NCBI GenBank assembly: GCA_964652735.1
Contig: CAZZCD010000003.1
Location: forward strand, 1 to 36,648
Length of the DNA: 36,648 nucleotides
From: Candidatus Woesearchaeota archaeon
GTDB lineage: Archaea > Nanobdellota > Nanobdellia > Pacearchaeales > GW2011-AR1
Direction of reading: 5' to 3'
Shown here one piece after another: positions 35,045-36,648 of the stretch. Under the pieces are notes generated by a model. That model was not told the origin of the DNA. It was given only the letters and a program-made list of their open reading frames with translations, and did not search any database. Position 1 is the stretch's first letter; every line of letters starts with the position of its first letter. Made by a program: the position numbers and the translations under genes.

Positions 35045-36648
35045 ATGGCTGAATATAAAATAGGTGGTTATAAAATCCCAGATATTTATCAAGGAGGATA
35101 TTCAAGTCTTGATCCATCAAATAATTACATAACTGCAGGAGCTCTGGGTACGACAACAGATCCCAGAACAGCAAATATTTTACAAGAGGTTTCAACAAAA
35201 CTTTCTTCAGGAGTTAAGCAGATTGAAATTTCTGCTGTTTCTCCAGAGGTTTTTGATTCTATGCCAAAGCAGCATCTTAAAGAGGTTAATAGACTTTCAA
35301 AACTGACAGGAATAGATGTGTCTTTGCATGCACCTGTTGTAGATGTTTCTGGTATAGATCCTCAAAGTGGATTCAGTGAATCTGAGAGAGAACTTTCAGA
35401 GAACAAAGTTACAGATGCTCTTTTAAGAGCAAAAGAATTAAATCCAGATGGAAATATTCCTGTTACTTTTCATTCTGCACAAGGAATTCCTGGCTCACAA
35501 CTTCTTCCGCCTTCTGAGAGAAAAGAAGAAAAAGAATACAAAAGACTTATTGTTATTAACAAAGAAACAGGAAAACTCGCTCCTTTAGAGCAAGATATAC
35601 AATATATTCCTGGCACAGAAAAACTAGAACCAGAAAAACTTTCTCCAGAACAAAGAATTGGGACGCTGAACAAGACAGAATGGAGCAACAGAATTTCCCA
35701 ACTTATTTTTAACAAAGAAAGAGCTGATGAAGTTTTGGAAAAAAGCAGGCCTTTTATAGAGCATTTAATTGAGGAAATTAAAACAGGAAAATTCAAAAAA
35801 GAAGATTTTAAATTTTCTCCTGATTTACAAAGCGCTTATAGACACTATGAAAATGCACAAACTTATCTCCATGATCTTCACACACAAGTCTCTTCTCTTT
35901 TCAGTAGAGCTTATGAATTTGCAGATGAACATCAAAAGGAAATTTTAAAAGCATATTCAGAAAACTATGGAAAAAATATTAAAAAATCTGCTATACCAAA
36001 CCCTTATTCAAAAGACAAAGAAGCAATTCCAAATCCTTTTGCTCAAGCAAAAGCAATGCATGACTTACTTCATAATCTGGGAAGTCCAAAAGTTATTCCA
36101 GAAATGTATGTTCCTGTTGAAGATTTTGCTGTTGAAAAATCTGCCAAGACTTTTGGAAATGCAGCTTTCAATTCTTATAAAAAATTCAAAGACAAAGCAC
36201 CTACACTTGTTATTGAAAACCCTCCTGCAGGTTTTGCTTTAAGCACAGGAGAAGATATTAAGAAAATGGTTGAAGAATCAAGGAAACAGTTTATGGAAAA
36301 AGCTGTTTTAGAGGGAATGTCAAAGTCCCAGGCAAAAAAAGAAGCAGAAAAAATTATTGGTGCAACATGGGATCTTGGACATATTAATATGCTAAGAAAA
36401 TATGGATACAGCGAAGAGGAAATTGTTAAAGAAACAGAAAAAGTTGCTCCTTATGTAAAACATGTTCATCTTTCAGATAATTTTGGTTTTGAGCACACAG
36501 AGCTTCCAATGGGGATGGGGAATGTTCCTCTTAAAAAAATGATGGAAAAGCTCGGAAAAAAAGGAGTTGAATCAAAAAAAATTATTGAAGCAGAACACTG
36601 GTGGCAGCATTTTAAAACCCCTCCTTTTCAAGAGGTTTTAGAGGCAGT
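35045..36648 (+). CDS. xylose isomerase/AP-endonuclease-2-like TIM barrel protein, runs off the window
   Basis: Not in track; MAEYKIGG... with IE, SLHAP, VTFHS, LVIEN, TWDLGH, HVHLSDNFG, GMGNVP, IIEA motifs and a long helical insertion. Confidence 0.85.
   Translation, partial: MAEYKIGGYKIPDIYQGGYSSLDPSNNYITAGALGTTTDPRTANILQEVSTKLSSGVKQIEISAVSPEVFDSMPKQHLKEVNRLSKLTGIDVSLHAPVVDVSGIDPQSGFSESERELSENKVTDALLRAKELNPDGNIPVTFHSAQGIPGSQLLPPSERKEEKEYKRLIVINKETGKLAPLEQDIQYIPGTEKLEPEKLSPEQRIGTLNKTEWSNRISQLIFNKERADEVLEKSRPFIEHLIEEIKTGKFKKEDFKFSPDLQSAYRHYENAQTYLHDLHTQVSSLFSRAYEFADEHQKEILKAYSENYGKNIKKSAIPNPYSKDKEAIPNPFAQAKAMHDLLHNLGSPKVIPEMYVPVEDFAVEKSAKTFGNAAFNSYKKFKDKAPTLVIENPPAGFALSTGEDIKKMVEESRKQFMEKAVLEGMSKSQAKKEAEKIIGATWDLGHINMLRKYGYSEEEIVKETEKVAPYVKHVHLSDNFGFEHTELPMGMGNVPLKKMMEKLGKKGVESKKIIEAEHWWQHFKTPPFQEVLEA

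Noticed and set aside
35010-36242. Short track ORFs near the right end
   Set aside because: Superseded by the long plus-strand frame starting at 35045

Overview
AT-rich archaeal chromosomal segment from a small-genome DPANN organism, most consistent with Pacearchaeota (inferred from fused rpoA'/A'', fused rpoB, compact genes and TATA boxes about 25 nt before start codons). Housekeeping blocks: rpoH-rpoB-[ORFan]-rpoA-nusA; nrdR-nrdD-glutaredoxin-nrdG-trxA with tandem NrdR boxes; PIN-[ORFan]-rpoE-spt4-rps24e-rps27ae; scpA, dph6, hisS, gltX, a pilin, an ABC exporter, and tRNA-Lys, -Trp and -His. Main oddities: a free-standing bacterial RNA polymerase alpha-CTD protein; a secreted MltB-type lytic murein transglycosylase; a radical-SAM-like protein with C-x27-C-x2-C; a GluRS without its anticodon-binding domain; substitutions in normally invariant RNAP motifs; a tRNA-Trp with an apparent U19-A56 compensatory swap; a LAGLIDADG-HTH gene apparently bracketed by relics of the rps27ae 3' end; an 11-unit pentamer array upstream of the RNAP operon; and a hairpin/repeat-rich spacer before scpA. 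All calls come from motif recognition by eye; no searches were run.
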